A program made the translations under genes and the position numbers. From a virus (lineage: Duplodnaviria; Caudoviricetes): 64,000 bases of DNA. The DNA lies in the IMG/VR virus record IMGVR_UViG_3300021964_010723, one strand, 5' to 3'. The notes below the pieces were generated by a model. It searched no databases. It saw nothing but the letters and a program-made list of their open reading frames with translations, and had not been told where the DNA came from. Numbering within the stretch: the first letter of the stretch is position 1; each line of letters opens with the position of its first letter. Below, piece by piece: positions 47,104 to 57,544 of the stretch.

Positions 47104-48777
47104 TTATACGCCTGGTCCTCTTGCTTTCGCTCCTGAAGTAACACTTGTTGATCCAAAATAAACAACTGATCCTCCAGAGCTTATGCTAAATTTTTGCCAT
47201 CCGGATGTAGATCCGCCATGAAAACACTGATCATCTCTATCTGAAATATTTACTCCGCTGTCTATGCCAGTAATACCTAACCAATTGTTTGTTTGACTAT
47301 TGGTTGCAAAAGCATACCTGTTAATCGCGTTTAAAGGGGTATAAGGACTGTTTCCGTAGTTGCCGCTTATGCAATTATATGTGTCATTGCCAGCTGCTTG
47401 CATTACATACATTACTGTCGGAAGTCCTGGACCGCTAGTAACACTACAAGAACTAATGGTTGTTCTCCATGTTGCGCTTGTTCTAAAACTATTATTATCT
47501 CCTGCTCCTGCTTGTATGTAATCAATAAAATCACTTGAACAAAAACTGTGCCTTGTTCCTGTTACTGTACCTTGTCCGCATAATGCTGAGCTGGCACTTG
47601 CATAATCCTGCTTAGATTGTTGTCTAGTATTACTGCTTCCATTCCAACCACCATAATACATTAGTTGAGTCTCATTTCCGTCTGCCATGCCATAAGCATG
47701 GGTATAGGTTGTATTACCCCATACAACAGCATTAGCTGTAGTAGACAGATCTTTTTTATCACTATTAGTTGTATTTGCTCCAGTGAAACATGAAACTATC
47801 ATGTAGTACCCGTTAGTTCCGCCACAACCTCCACCGCTGTTTGTTGTTGTTAGTGCTCCTGCTGTGACTTCATTGCTCATTGTAGAAAATGATCTCTTAT
47901 GGAAATCTTGTGTGTAAAATCCTCCTTGCAACCATGCATTTGCAGTTGTGTTAGGCATAATTGATGTATCGTTAATTGCAATTGACACTGTATTCACACC
48001 CCAAGCGGACTGAACTCCAGTTTGATCTACTGATCCAAGTGTTACATTAAATGTTTCTGTGTTTTCGTCAGTTTGATCTGCTCGTATTCTTAGAATTATT
48101 TTTGCTTTGTAAGTAATAGGATGGAATGTTATATACGATGTATCTAATCTGTATACACCTCCAGCAAATACTGATTGGGTACCTACTGCAGCATAAGCTC
48201 TATATTTATAATTTACAGCATCTATGGCAACTGGGCCGCCTGTTGCGTAATTCCAAGCAATTTCGCCAGCAGAAAACAAAGGCCAATTGTCATAAATTAT
48301 ACTATCTGTAGCAGTCAATGCTTCAACTGTTGTACCAGCACTACTAACTAAACGCCATTCATAAATATTATTACCTAAATCAACCAATTGAATATATGTT
48401 CCTCCACTTTCTGTTAAATCATAATAAACACGAGGAGAAGCTTCAAAATCGTCATAAACCAATCCATCTGCTGTGTTACCAGTTCCAGGAGAATTTTGAA
48501 CCCAAGATCCCGTTATTTGAAAATTGTTGCTACCAGATGCAGTTGTGTTGTGAGGAAATGTGCCTGTTATTTCTATTGCAGAACCTTCGTCTACGTTACC
48601 AGTAGTTATACTTACTGATGCTCCTTCTTTTCCGTAGAATGAACTTGCTAATTGCAGGCGTGTTCCAGGGGTTTGGAATATATATTGGGCAATAGATGTT
48701 GCAGAATATGGAGGAGATGCTCCAAATGATGTTGCTATATCAGCAAAGCTTATCCTTCCAGATGTAGGTAATGTCAA
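47104..48777 (-). CDS. Putative fibre/receptor-binding protein with C-terminal propeller-like repeats
   Basis: MTLP.SG.IS..DI...FG N-terminal motif of fibre-tip proteins; one Calx-beta-like segment (RADQTDENTETF); Gly/Ser-rich kelch-like C-terminus. Confidence 0.55.
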   Translation of the reverse strand: MTLPTSGRISFADIATSFGASPPYSATSIAQYIFQTPGTRLQLASSFYGKEGASVSITTGNVDEGSAIEITGTFPHNTTASGSNNFQITGSWVQNSPGTGNTADGLVYDDFEASPRVYYDLTESGGTYIQLVDLGNNIYEWRLVSSAGTTVEALTATDSIIYDNWPLFSAGEIAWNYATGGPVAIDAVNYKYRAYAAVGTQSVFAGGVYRLDTSYITFHPITYKAKIILRIRADQTDENTETFNVTLGSVDQTGVQSAWGVNTVSIAINDTSIMPNTTANAWLQGGFYTQDFHKRSFSTMSNEVTAGALTTTNSGGGCGGTNGYYMIVSCFTGANTTNSDKKDLSTTANAVVWGNTTYTHAYGMADGNETQLMYYGGWNGSSNTRQQSKQDYASASSALCGQGTVTGTRHSFCSSDFIDYIQAGAGDNNSFRTSATWRTTISSCSVTSGPGLPTVMYVMQAAGNDTYNCISGNYGNSPYTPLNAINRYAFATNSQTNNWLGITGIDSGVNISDRDDQCFHGGSTSGWQKFSISSGGSVVYFGSTSVTSGAKARGPGV

Positions 48778-48787
48778 TTGTTCTTCC

Positions 48788-49462
48788 TTATGTTATTGGT
48801 GCGTTTTCAAATGCAACTACATCATTTAACGCTGAAAATTGTCCATTTGTAGTAAGTCTTGCTACAACTGAACCTTGATACGAAAACAAAAGATCATTAT
48901 TCCCATTTACAGATAATGTCCAATTTAATGCTGATAAAGGATTTGTTGTAACAGTAATTTGTCCATTTACATCTGATGTCAAAATGCCTTTGGTTGCACC
49001 AGTTGGAAGGTTAAAAGCACCTAAGAAACCCTGTAAATTTGCATCATACGCTTGTACTCCATTTGTTGCATTAATATTAGAAGGTGTGAGGTAAGTGCTT
49101 GTTACATCATCAATTGATTTAAATCCAAACTGTCCATTTGTTGTGCTTACTAACACTAAGTCTCCGCTAACAAGTGGAGAATTTGTTGTCGTGTCCACAT
49201 TACTTAATTCTTGTAATGTATCTATCTGACTGTCAAAAAAGTATGTTCCGGTACCTACTGTTGTACCATCTCCTGCACTCTTTAACACCAAATTTGCAGT
49301 AATGTGGGGACTATTTGTAACATTATCTATACCTCCTAAGACTTGTAATTGGGTAGGATTGTTAGAAATTATGTTCCAACCCGTTCCGTCAAATTCCCAT
49401 AATGTACCAGTTGCCGAATATGTATCACCTGCAGTAGGCGATAAAGGAAAATTCAAAGCCAT
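48788..49462 (-). CDS. Putative tail-fibre-like structural protein
   Basis: MALNFP.SP..GDTY....W.FDG..W, L.ELSNV, VQAYDANL and L.F.Y.G...ARL...G...A..DV.AF. Confidence 0.6.
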   Translation of the reverse strand: MALNFPLSPTAGDTYSATGTLWEFDGTGWNIISNNPTQLQVLGGIDNVTNSPHITANLVLKSAGDGTTVGTGTYFFDSQIDTLQELSNVDTTTNSPLVSGDLVLVSTTNGQFGFKSIDDVTSTYLTPSNINATNGVQAYDANLQGFLGAFNLPTGATKGILTSDVNGQITVTTNPLSALNWTLSVNGNNDLLFSYQGSVVARLTTNGQFSALNDVVAFENAPIT

Positions 49463-49465
49463 ATT

Positions 49466-50143
49466 TTATCCTAATGCTATTGTATATGCAATTGCCGCTG
49501 TTTGAGTAACACCTATTCCTGTTATAGTGATCTCGTTGTTGATTTCATTTGGTGAAATAGTTATATTTTCTCCTGCTACAAATGTGACAGTGTCTGAGCC
49601 AACAGCATTTATAACAGTTGCACCAACTTGTATATTGGCAAATACATCAAAATCTCCAACTACACCAATAGATGGTTGTATCCATTGCGAGCTGTCAACA
49701 TCAACTATGTAAACATAAAATCTACCATTATCTGAATTCATCCATATAGAACCGTTTACTGCACCTGTTGGAGGAGTATTTTGGACTAAGATTGTACTAC
49801 CTGTTGCAGTAGTTACTGCTCCAGTTACTTCCATATCTCCATTTACAATTACCCTGTCAAAAGTTGTTGCAGGTGTAAATTCTAAATTACCAACTGTAGT
49901 AGATATAATGTTATCATTAATAGTGACATCATCTATAACTGCTTCTCCTGATCTAACTGTAGTAGATTGGACTGTTCCGTCAATGTCAAACTCATACGAT
50001 GGATTAGTTTTTTTAACACCTATCCTATTATTTGCCGTATCAAAATGTAAAAGGGTGTTGCTGTTATTAGTAAAGGTAAGATCAATTCCATCTCGTTCTA
50101 GTGTTGGTGTTAAAAGCTGTCCACTAATCCTTCCTACTGCCAC
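49466..50143 (-). CDS. Putative virion structural protein
   Basis: MAVGRISG.LL...L.R.G.DL.F, RIG.....P...D..G, and PP....NG.IW.NS..G..YVY..D.DS.QW. Confidence 0.6.
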   Translation of the reverse strand: MAVGRISGQLLTPTLERDGIDLTFTNNSNTLLHFDTANNRIGVKKTNPSYEFDIDGTVQSTTVRSGEAVIDDVTINDNIISTTVGNLEFTPATTFDRVIVNGDMEVTGAVTTATGSTILVQNTPPTGAVNGSIWMNSDNGRFYVYIVDVDSSQWIQPSIGVVGDFDVFANIQVGATVINAVGSDTVTFVAGENITISPNEINNEITITGIGVTQTAAIAYTIALG

Positions 50144-50170
50144 TTGTGTTCTCCTTAAGAATTACTACAG

Positions 50171-50177
50171 TATTTAG
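50171..50177 (-). promoter_or_regulatory. Late promoter-like box CTAAATA
   Basis: tatttag in the gap, with an AGGAGA RBS downstream on the minus strand. Confidence 0.45.
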
Positions 50178-50187
50178 CGTTTAACGA

Positions 50188-53100
50188 TTATGGACAGGTT
50201 CCCCAAATAGGTTTATGAATGTTCCAGAGTTTGCCGCCAGCATTAAACCAAAATGGTTCACTTGTGATAAGGGTTACACACCAACCACGAAGATCGTAAT
50301 TGAAATCGCAATTTTGAAACATATTATACATAGCGGTAACATTACTTGTATCCCACCCGCCAATATCTTGATTGAATATACGGGCATTATTAAACATACT
50401 ACCCATATCAGTAACAGAACTCGTATCCCAACTGCCAATATCCGGATCATTAAAGGTACTGTTCCACTGAAACATACTATTCATGTTAGTTATTGGTTCT
50501 CCAGGTAGAGTATAAATTCCGTCATTAGGTTTGAATCTATAACCACCTGCTGGTGCAGAGTTACTTCTCCATGAACTGTAAGTTGGATCTGTAGCTGTAT
50601 TGGTAAGTGGGTAATAATTAAGTGTTTGACCCCACAATGGTTTAGTTGTCCAACCAGCACCATAATAGTGGAATCCAGTTGGTTCAGAAGCTATGTTACT
50701 TACATCCCACCAGCGTAGATCTTGATTGAATGCATATCCATAGGCAAACATATATGCCATATCAGTTACATTACCAGTATCCCAACTGCTAATATCTTGA
50801 TTAAATCCAGTTAATCCATAAAACATACCATACATAGTATTAACTGAACTCGTATCCCAATTGCCAATATCTTGATTAAATGCACCGGCATAAATAAACG
50901 TCACATACATACTAGTAACTGTACTGACATCCCAAAGACGAATATCAGGATCATTAAAGGAACCGTTATTTCTAAACATACCATGCATGCTAGTTATTGG
51001 TTCTCCAGGTAGAGTATAAATTCCATCATTAGGTTTGAATCTATAACCACCTGCTGGTGCATAGCTACTTCTCCACGCACTGTGAGTTGGATCAGTAGCT
51101 GTGTTTGTCAATGGGTAGTAAGTAAATGTTTGTCCCCATAATGGTTTAGTTGTCCAATTGGTATTTAGGCTGAAATCTGTCGGTGCTGCAGCTATGTGGC
51201 TTACATCCCACCAGCGTAGATCTTGATTAAAATTGTTTGCGTCCCTAAACATGCTCACCATATCAGTAACTGAACTGACATCCCAATTGCTTATATCTTG
51301 ATTAAATGTAGGTGTTTGATCAAACATACTCCTCATACTAGTAACTGAACTTGTTTTTATACCCCAAGCACCAATAGGTTGATTGAACACAGACATTTTT
51401 TGGAACATAAAACTCATATCGGTAACTAAACTGACATCCCAAAGACCAATGTCTTGATTGAACGCACTTGCATTATCAAACATAAAACTCATATTAGTAA
51501 CAGAACTTACATCCCAATCGCCAACGGGTTGGTTGAATGCAGTTGCAATGCTGAACATAGCGCTCATATTAAAAACTGAACTGACATCCCAAGCACCAAT
51601 GGGTTGATTGAACGAACTTGCAGTGCTGAACATAGCGGCCATATTAAAAACTGAACTGACATCCCAAGCACCAATAGGTTGGTTAAATGAAGTTGCACCG
51701 TTGAACATGTAAGCCATATCAGTAACTGAACTGACATCCCAATCGCCAACGGGTTGGTTGAATGCAGTTGCCATACTAAACATAGCATTCATATTAGTAA
51801 CTGTACTTGTATTCCAAAGAACAATATCAGGATCGTTAAATGTGTTATTTGAAGCAAACATTGAATACATATTAGTAATAGGATCTGTTATATCTGTGAT
51901 ATAACCTCTACCTGCAATCCATGTAGCTGAACTAGGAGCATTATTAGAACGCCAATTCAAATCAGTAGGATCAGTTGCCCCTGAATTAGTCATAGGATAG
52001 TATTTTAGTTGACTTCCATCTCTACCAAACAGTGGGAATTTCCTAGGCGTAGTGGATAATTTATTACCAAAACTAAAGGCACTAGGTATTGTATCAATAG
52101 GCATACTTGAGGTATTCCAACTGGTTAGATCTTGATCAAAACCAGGGTATCCTATATAAGCTTCCCAAGTTGCATCATAAGGAGTCCCAGATCCATTAGC
52201 AAACATATACTCCATGGTCGTTACATTACTAACATCCCAATTACTAATGTCTTGATTGAATCTTAGATGTTGACCTTGGCCAAAAAACATACTCTCCATA
52301 TTGGTCACATTACCTACATTCCAACTCCCAATAGGTTGATTGAATTGCAATGCATCCCAAAACATACTACGCATACTGGTCACATTACTAACATTCCAAG
52401 AACTAATATTTTGATTAAATGTCTGTGCACCTTGAAATAAGCCATACATAGTAGTAACAGCACTGACATCCCAATGCTGCAAATCAGCGTCATTAAAAAA
52501 ACTATTGTTGGAAAACATTCCAGTCATATTAGTTATGGGATCAGCTAAATCAGTAATGTATCCTCTATTTCCAATCCATGTAGCTGAACTAGGAGCGGCA
52601 TTAGAACGCCAATAAGAACCAGTAGGATCAGTTGCCCCTGAATTAGTCATAGGATAGTATTTTAGTTGACTTCCATCTCTACCAAACAGTGGGAATTTCT
52701 TAGTAGGTAATGGCGAATCAAAATTAAAATTATGTGGAGTAGTATCGAGAGCCATACTTGTAACATTCCAACTACTTAAATCTTGATCAAATGTGGCGTT
52801 TTCACGGAACATACTATCCATATCAGTAACTGAACTGACATCCCAACTACTAATATCATAATTAAATGCATGTGCAGCAACAAACATATATCTCATACTG
52901 GTCACATTACTAACATTCCAACTACTAATATCTTGATTAAATGCTGATGCAGCAACAAACATATTACCCATATTAGTAACAGAACTTACATTCCAACTTC
53001 TAATGTCTTGATTAAATGCATTTGCTTGGGTAAAAATCGCAAACATATTAGTAACTGAACTGACATCCCAACTACTAATATCAGGATCGTTAAATGTAGT

Positions 53101-53310
53101 ATTACTATCAAACATATAACTCATATCAGTGATAGGATCATTCCGTCTAGTAACAAATCCTTTACGACTGATAAATTTTAACGATGCTGGTTTAGTTGTC
53201 CAATTCGTTGCTGTAGGATCAGTTGCACTGTTTCTTAATGGATAATATTTAACAAATGCCGGTGGATTAGTTGCACTTGAAACACTTCTAACACTTGCAA
53301 AACTTGGCAT
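50188..53310 (-). CDS. DUF285 / BspA-like surface-protein 25-26-residue repeat protein
   Basis: More than 20 repeats of FNQ.I..WDVS.VT.M..MF, arranged in blocks separated by YYP.TN..TDPT...W spacer domains. Confidence 0.9.
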   Translation of the reverse strand: MPSFASVRSVSSATNPPAFVKYYPLRNSATDPTATNWTTKPASLKFISRKGFVTRRNDPITDMSYMFDSNTTFNDPDISSWDVSSVTNMFAIFTQANAFNQDIRSWNVSSVTNMGNMFVAASAFNQDISSWNVSNVTSMRYMFVAAHAFNYDISSWDVSSVTDMDSMFRENATFDQDLSSWNVTSMALDTTPHNFNFDSPLPTKKFPLFGRDGSQLKYYPMTNSGATDPTGSYWRSNAAPSSATWIGNRGYITDLADPITNMTGMFSNNSFFNDADLQHWDVSAVTTMYGLFQGAQTFNQNISSWNVSNVTSMRSMFWDALQFNQPIGSWNVGNVTNMESMFFGQGQHLRFNQDISNWDVSNVTTMEYMFANGSGTPYDATWEAYIGYPGFDQDLTSWNTSSMPIDTIPSAFSFGNKLSTTPRKFPLFGRDGSQLKYYPMTNSGATDPTDLNWRSNNAPSSATWIAGRGYITDITDPITNMYSMFASNNTFNDPDIVLWNTSTVTNMNAMFSMATAFNQPVGDWDVSSVTDMAYMFNGATSFNQPIGAWDVSSVFNMAAMFSTASSFNQPIGAWDVSSVFNMSAMFSIATAFNQPVGDWDVSSVTNMSFMFDNASAFNQDIGLWDVSLVTDMSFMFQKMSVFNQPIGAWGIKTSSVTSMRSMFDQTPTFNQDISNWDVSSVTDMVSMFRDANNFNQDLRWWDVSHIAAAPTDFSLNTNWTTKPLWGQTFTYYPLTNTATDPTHSAWRSSYAPAGGYRFKPNDGIYTLPGEPITSMHGMFRNNGSFNDPDIRLWDVSTVTSMYVTFIYAGAFNQDIGNWDTSSVNTMYGMFYGLTGFNQDISSWDTGNVTDMAYMFAYGYAFNQDLRWWDVSNIASEPTGFHYYGAGWTTKPLWGQTLNYYPLTNTATDPTYSSWRSNSAPAGGYRFKPNDGIYTLPGEPITNMNSMFQWNSTFNDPDIGSWDTSSVTDMGSMFNNARIFNQDIGGWDTSNVTAMYNMFQNCDFNYDLRGWCVTLITSEPFWFNAGGKLWNIHKPIWGTCP
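50487..51061. repeat. 71-bp near-perfect direct repeat (50487-50557 and 50991-51061)
   Basis: tagttattggttctccaggtagagtataaattcc(g/a)tcattaggtttgaatctataaccacctgctggtgca; period 504 bp (168 aa). Confidence 0.9.
51963..52699. repeat. 80-bp perfect direct repeat (51963-52042 and 52620-52699)
   Basis: cagtaggatcagttgcccctgaattagtcataggatagtattttagttgacttccatctctaccaaacagtgggaatttc; period 657 bp (219 aa). Confidence 0.9.
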
Positions 53311-53319
53311 TAGACCTCC

Positions 53320-55563
53320 TTATTGATAAAATGATGCATTGGCTAGCACGGTGTAAGTAGCATCTGCAGTCTTAGTGATGGTATAACTGTAAACATCAAT
53401 TGCCGAAGCAGTACCGGCAATAGGAGCATTACCAAACGACCATACAGGTGTTACGTTTACTCCATCTATTTGTAGTTGGGTTGAGTAATATGCAGTTGCT
53501 CCTTGTGTAGCCATGTATACAACCGTAATACTTTCGTTGTTGGCAAGGTAACTGTTAAGAGTAGTAGTAGCATCTCCTCGAACGTTAATAGTCCAATTTT
53601 GTGTGCTGTCGCTGGTTTGATAAAAAATTTGATCATCTTTAGTATCTAAATCAACAGTTGCTGCTGGAGCGATTATTTGAACTGTTTCTTTAACCTCCTT
53701 AGCAAGTTGGAAACTGTAAGTGCTATCACCATCTGATGTTAATACTAAACCACTTGTAGTAGTTGGTGTGTTAGTAGTAAAATCTACATCAATTGCCTTT
53801 GATAGCTCAATCACAGCATTCCCAAAAATTTGTAAGTCAGTAGTACTAATAGCTTTACCAATCATACCAAATGTAGTAGGAGTTGTAGTTAGTGATCCTA
53901 GCTGGTTTACATAGTATACAGTATCTTTTACTAAACCTGCTTGACTTCTATTTATTGCACCTGATAAATCAATCAAACCTGTAGCAGTGTCTGCAATATC
54001 TTCTGCAGCAATACCTATCCAAGATGATGCATTAGAATTGATAGAAGCAAATGTAGAATAAGTTAGATAAGCAGGTCCTGTGCCGTAAGTACTAACAACT
54101 CTATCAATACCAACTGTAGCTTTATATTGTTCTGCCTGAGTATAATTAAACATATTAGATGTTTCGATACTATTTGCTAATGAAGGAGTTCCATTATTAA
54201 ATACTACATCTGCAATGTATTCTTCACCACCAGCATAAGGAAATTTCTTATAATAAAAATAAAATTGATCAATTAATTCTAAATATACCATTCCTAACCC
54301 AAGTACATCACTAGTAGCTGTGAATTCTACAGTGTTAAAAGTTAAAGTGTTAGCAACATTATCTATAGTTACTTCTCCTAACGAGGCTTTAAAATTATTG
54401 GAAATATAAGGTAAATATATTTTACCTTCACTTGTTTTATAATAAGGATTTCCAGGCGTATTTTGATTAGGAATTGTAGTCCACGCACCAAAAGTAATTG
54501 AATTATCACTATTAATTTGTGCAACTGCCGCTACTCTACCATTAGCATTATGTCCTACAAAAAATCTTTGTGCTGTTTGATCGTAAGCAATACCAAACCA
54601 TGTTGGACCTCCTGAAACAGTTAATGATTGTCTTGTTCCTAAAACAATATTTTGTCCATCCACATAACCTGCGTAACATCTCACATCTGTAGAATAATTG
54701 CAAATAATTAAAAACTTGCCAGTATCTGTATCATAGCCTATGCTAACGTTGTTTATATTGGGTTGATCTGTATCAGCAGCAATATTTCCCATTGTAATAG
54801 TGTTTGTTGCAGGGTCAATTTCAAAAGCAGCTACCCGTAAACCACCATCAGCATAGTTCTGTCCTTGGCCTACCCAAGCACATATAATTTTATTTGCGTT
54901 TTTATCAATTGTTACTGATAACTCATTAGTAATGTTAATGCTGCCAGCATACATATAAAATTGTAATTCAATTCCAAGTGTAAAACCTGTAGATGTTGCC
55001 TGAGCAACTACAGCATATAATGCGCCTCCGTTACTTCTAAACACAACATATCTATCCGTGACTTGGTCATAAATTACATTTGCTGCGAAGTATGGATCAG
55101 TTGCTAATGAATTAGAATCAGTAGCCGAAGCACTTAGACCTGATGTACCCGAAAAGGTGGCTTTTACATAACTACCATTATCATATACAACAATATCTCC
55201 TGCAGCAAAATTGTCACTCGCTGTAATTAATTTTTGACCGCTTCCTATAGTATCTAAACCTATACCATTTAATAACAATGCACCGTCTGTTGCTAAAGAC
55301 ATTGTTAAATTGTTATTATAAGCAAAATTTAGGGTATCTTGAGCATCCATGGATATTGTCCACTCCATGGATAAATCTCCTAGTACTGTAAGGGTGTTTG
55401 CCCGTGCAGTGCCTGTTACATCTAATTCTACACCCGGACTGGTATTTTTTATGCCAATTTTACCATCTGATGCTATAGTAAGTGCATCACCATTAAATGT
55501 TAAATTGCCTGTGAGATTTAAATTTTGCTCTAGCATTTCGCCAGATATACGTCCTAGTGCCAC
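53320..55563 (-). CDS. Putative fibre/baseplate protein with propeller-like central domain
   Basis: MALGRISG start; YD....RF...repeats; C-terminal NWTINVRGD..TTLNS.L...ES.TV...ATQG.TAYY...Q.DG..VTP.W..G.AP..G.ASA.D.YSYTI.KT domain. Confidence 0.6.
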   Translation of the reverse strand: MALGRISGEMLEQNLNLTGNLTFNGDALTIASDGKIGIKNTSPGVELDVTGTARANTLTVLGDLSMEWTISMDAQDTLNFAYNNNLTMSLATDGALLLNGIGLDTIGSGQKLITASDNFAAGDIVVYDNGSYVKATFSGTSGLSASATDSNSLATDPYFAANVIYDQVTDRYVVFRSNGGALYAVVAQATSTGFTLGIELQFYMYAGSINITNELSVTIDKNANKIICAWVGQGQNYADGGLRVAAFEIDPATNTITMGNIAADTDQPNINNVSIGYDTDTGKFLIICNYSTDVRCYAGYVDGQNIVLGTRQSLTVSGGPTWFGIAYDQTAQRFFVGHNANGRVAAVAQINSDNSITFGAWTTIPNQNTPGNPYYKTSEGKIYLPYISNNFKASLGEVTIDNVANTLTFNTVEFTATSDVLGLGMVYLELIDQFYFYYKKFPYAGGEEYIADVVFNNGTPSLANSIETSNMFNYTQAEQYKATVGIDRVVSTYGTGPAYLTYSTFASINSNASSWIGIAAEDIADTATGLIDLSGAINRSQAGLVKDTVYYVNQLGSLTTTPTTFGMIGKAISTTDLQIFGNAVIELSKAIDVDFTTNTPTTTSGLVLTSDGDSTYSFQLAKEVKETVQIIAPAATVDLDTKDDQIFYQTSDSTQNWTINVRGDATTTLNSYLANNESITVVYMATQGATAYYSTQLQIDGVNVTPVWSFGNAPIAGTASAIDVYSYTITKTADATYTVLANASFYQ

Positions 55564-55573
55564 TCATTTTTCC

Positions 55574-57544
55574 TTACTTGTCAAAGTTATGGTAAACTGT
55601 TATAGGTTTGCCTAGGTCAGGAGCTGATGTAAATTCTAAATATTGTCCAGTTGGTCTTACTAAACCAGTTCCTAACGCCTTACCTTGCACAGTGTACACA
55701 TATGCCTTACCACTTGTATCACCTGTACTATCATCTTCTTGATATGCACCTACTATTAGATGCGTGTTTGACACAGATACAGCAGATCCGAATTGATCAT
55801 CTTGTGCAGTACCAAACCCATTTGGATTAGCAATATCTCCTAATCTTGCTCCAGTAAGTAGATCATAAACATATACCACACCACTATTTGTACCATTAGC
55901 ATCATCTTCTACATGAGAGCTTACTACTGCATAGACATCAGATATGCTTACTTTAAAACCAAATCTATCTTCAGTAGCTAATCCAAATGGATTTGGATTT
56001 ACGATGCCTCCAAATTCATCATTTAAAAATTCTTCTTCTGCAGTAACACCATCCCAATCTGGATTATTATAAAATATTGGATCTAATGTTGTAGGAGAAA
56101 CAGGATCATTAGCTGGTAATTCATAAATATAAACTACACCTTGATCTATTTTGCTTGTAGCATCTTCGTTGTACGCTCCTACTATAGCATATCTATTAGA
56201 AATGTCTATGCTGTATCCAAAACCATCATCAACTGTTGCTGTATTAGGATTTGTTAGGGTGTATAGTAAAGTTCCTTGTATATTGTAAATATATACTTTA
56301 TTTTGATAAGTAGATCCTGATACAGGATTTGTACCAATAATTATATAATTGTCACTAATTGCTACAGTAGATCCAAACCAACTTCCTGCAGAATCTGGAT
56401 TTGGTATAATTGTATTATTTGGCAAATTGCTAAGATTAAATAGATATGCTGCACCTACTCCAGTTGTGATATTGTCTTCATTAGGTGCTCCTACAATTAG
56501 ATGTGTATTGGAAATTGAAACTGAGTAACCAAAATAATCAGTTGCATCTACCGCTCCTGTATTTGGACTGACAATAGAATAATCAGGTACTGCTGGATTT
56601 ATGTTTGCTAGATCATACAGATAAATTCTTCCAGAATCATTTCCTAATCCTACTCCTGCATCATCTTCTTGGAATGCACCTACTACAGCCCATGTATTAC
56701 TTATAGATACAGCAAACCCAAACAAGTCTTCAGTACCACCACCATAAGGATTAGGATTATCTAATTGATGTAAAAGTGTTCCTGAAATATCAAAAATGTA
56801 AGCTTTTCCTGATTCGGTAAACGTTGGGTCATCTTCTTTGTATGCACCTACTAATATTAAACTTGATGTATCATTGTTATTAATTGCCACGCTGTAACCA
56901 AAAAAGTCCTCAAAAGTAGTTCCAGCGTTTCCATTTGGATTCTTTAATGTAAGAATTTGATCTACTGATAGATCTATATTAGCTGTAAATATTGTTCCTG
57001 TAGAATTAGCAGATGCGCCTACTCTTGTAAAATCTGTTTGTTTTGCAGGATCTGTTCCGAGATTTGTAATTATGTATTCTTCGCCATTTACAAGATAAAA
57101 TACTTCTACTTCGTCACCGGTTCCTGTAGTAAAAGGATTTTCTACCATAACAAAATTTGTAGGAGCAATTTGGAATACATTTTCTACAAAAACAAGTATG
57201 TTGTTTGCACTTAAAGGAACAGGAAATGCTGCATCATTACTTAGTAACGGACCAAAAATTGTTTGTACCTGATCGCCTAAACTCATTAATTGTTTTGTAA
57301 TTAGACCAGGTTCTTTAAATCTAACAACTTGCCAAACATTATTAGCATAAAACTCAAATTCATTTATCGTGGTATTATATCTAACCATACCATTTACTGG
57401 TAAAGTTGGTTTGGTAGCTGAGGTTCCAGTTGGAATAACCATAACATTTGCATCTATAGATGCAAAATCATTACTTGCATTATATTTGTAACCTTTACCT
57501 GTGATGCTACGACTATTTGTTGTATGTTCTTTTATTAGTCTCAT
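55574..57544 (-). CDS. FG-GAP (integrin-alpha-like beta-propeller) repeat virion protein
   Basis: About seven FG.SV.IS....(I/V)VGA..ED....G..Y.(Y/F) repeats; N-terminal P.G.S...P.....GM.RYNT....FE.Y module. Confidence 0.8.
   Translation of the reverse strand: MRLIKEHTTNSRSITGKGYKYNASNDFASIDANVMVIPTGTSATKPTLPVNGMVRYNTTINEFEFYANNVWQVVRFKEPGLITKQLMSLGDQVQTIFGPLLSNDAAFPVPLSANNILVFVENVFQIAPTNFVMVENPFTTGTGDEVEVFYLVNGEEYIITNLGTDPAKQTDFTRVGASANSTGTIFTANIDLSVDQILTLKNPNGNAGTTFEDFFGYSVAINNNDTSSLILVGAYKEDDPTFTESGKAYIFDISGTLLHQLDNPNPYGGGTEDLFGFAVSISNTWAVVGAFQEDDAGVGLGNDSGRIYLYDLANINPAVPDYSIVSPNTGAVDATDYFGYSVSISNTHLIVGAPNEDNITTGVGAAYLFNLSNLPNNTIIPNPDSAGSWFGSTVAISDNYIIIGTNPVSGSTYQNKVYIYNIQGTLLYTLTNPNTATVDDGFGYSIDISNRYAIVGAYNEDATSKIDQGVVYIYELPANDPVSPTTLDPIFYNNPDWDGVTAEEEFLNDEFGGIVNPNPFGLATEDRFGFKVSISDVYAVVSSHVEDDANGTNSGVVYVYDLLTGARLGDIANPNGFGTAQDDQFGSAVSVSNTHLIVGAYQEDDSTGDTSGKAYVYTVQGKALGTGLVRPTGQYLEFTSAPDLGKPITVYHNFDK

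Noticed and set aside
47097-47165. ORF-track start of the coiled-coil gene at 47165
   Set aside because: It overlaps the upstream gene by 62 nt; the ATG at 47096 follows a purine-rich RBS just after the upstream stop.
51564-51788. Alternate-frame 74-aa ORF inside the DUF285 gene
   Set aside because: A by-product of the periodic repeat sequence.
50487-52699. Near-identical repeats in the DUF285 gene as a possible DGR template/variable pair
   Set aside because: No reverse transcriptase in the window, both copies are in-frame coding, and the difference examined is a synonymous C/T change rather than adenine-specific.
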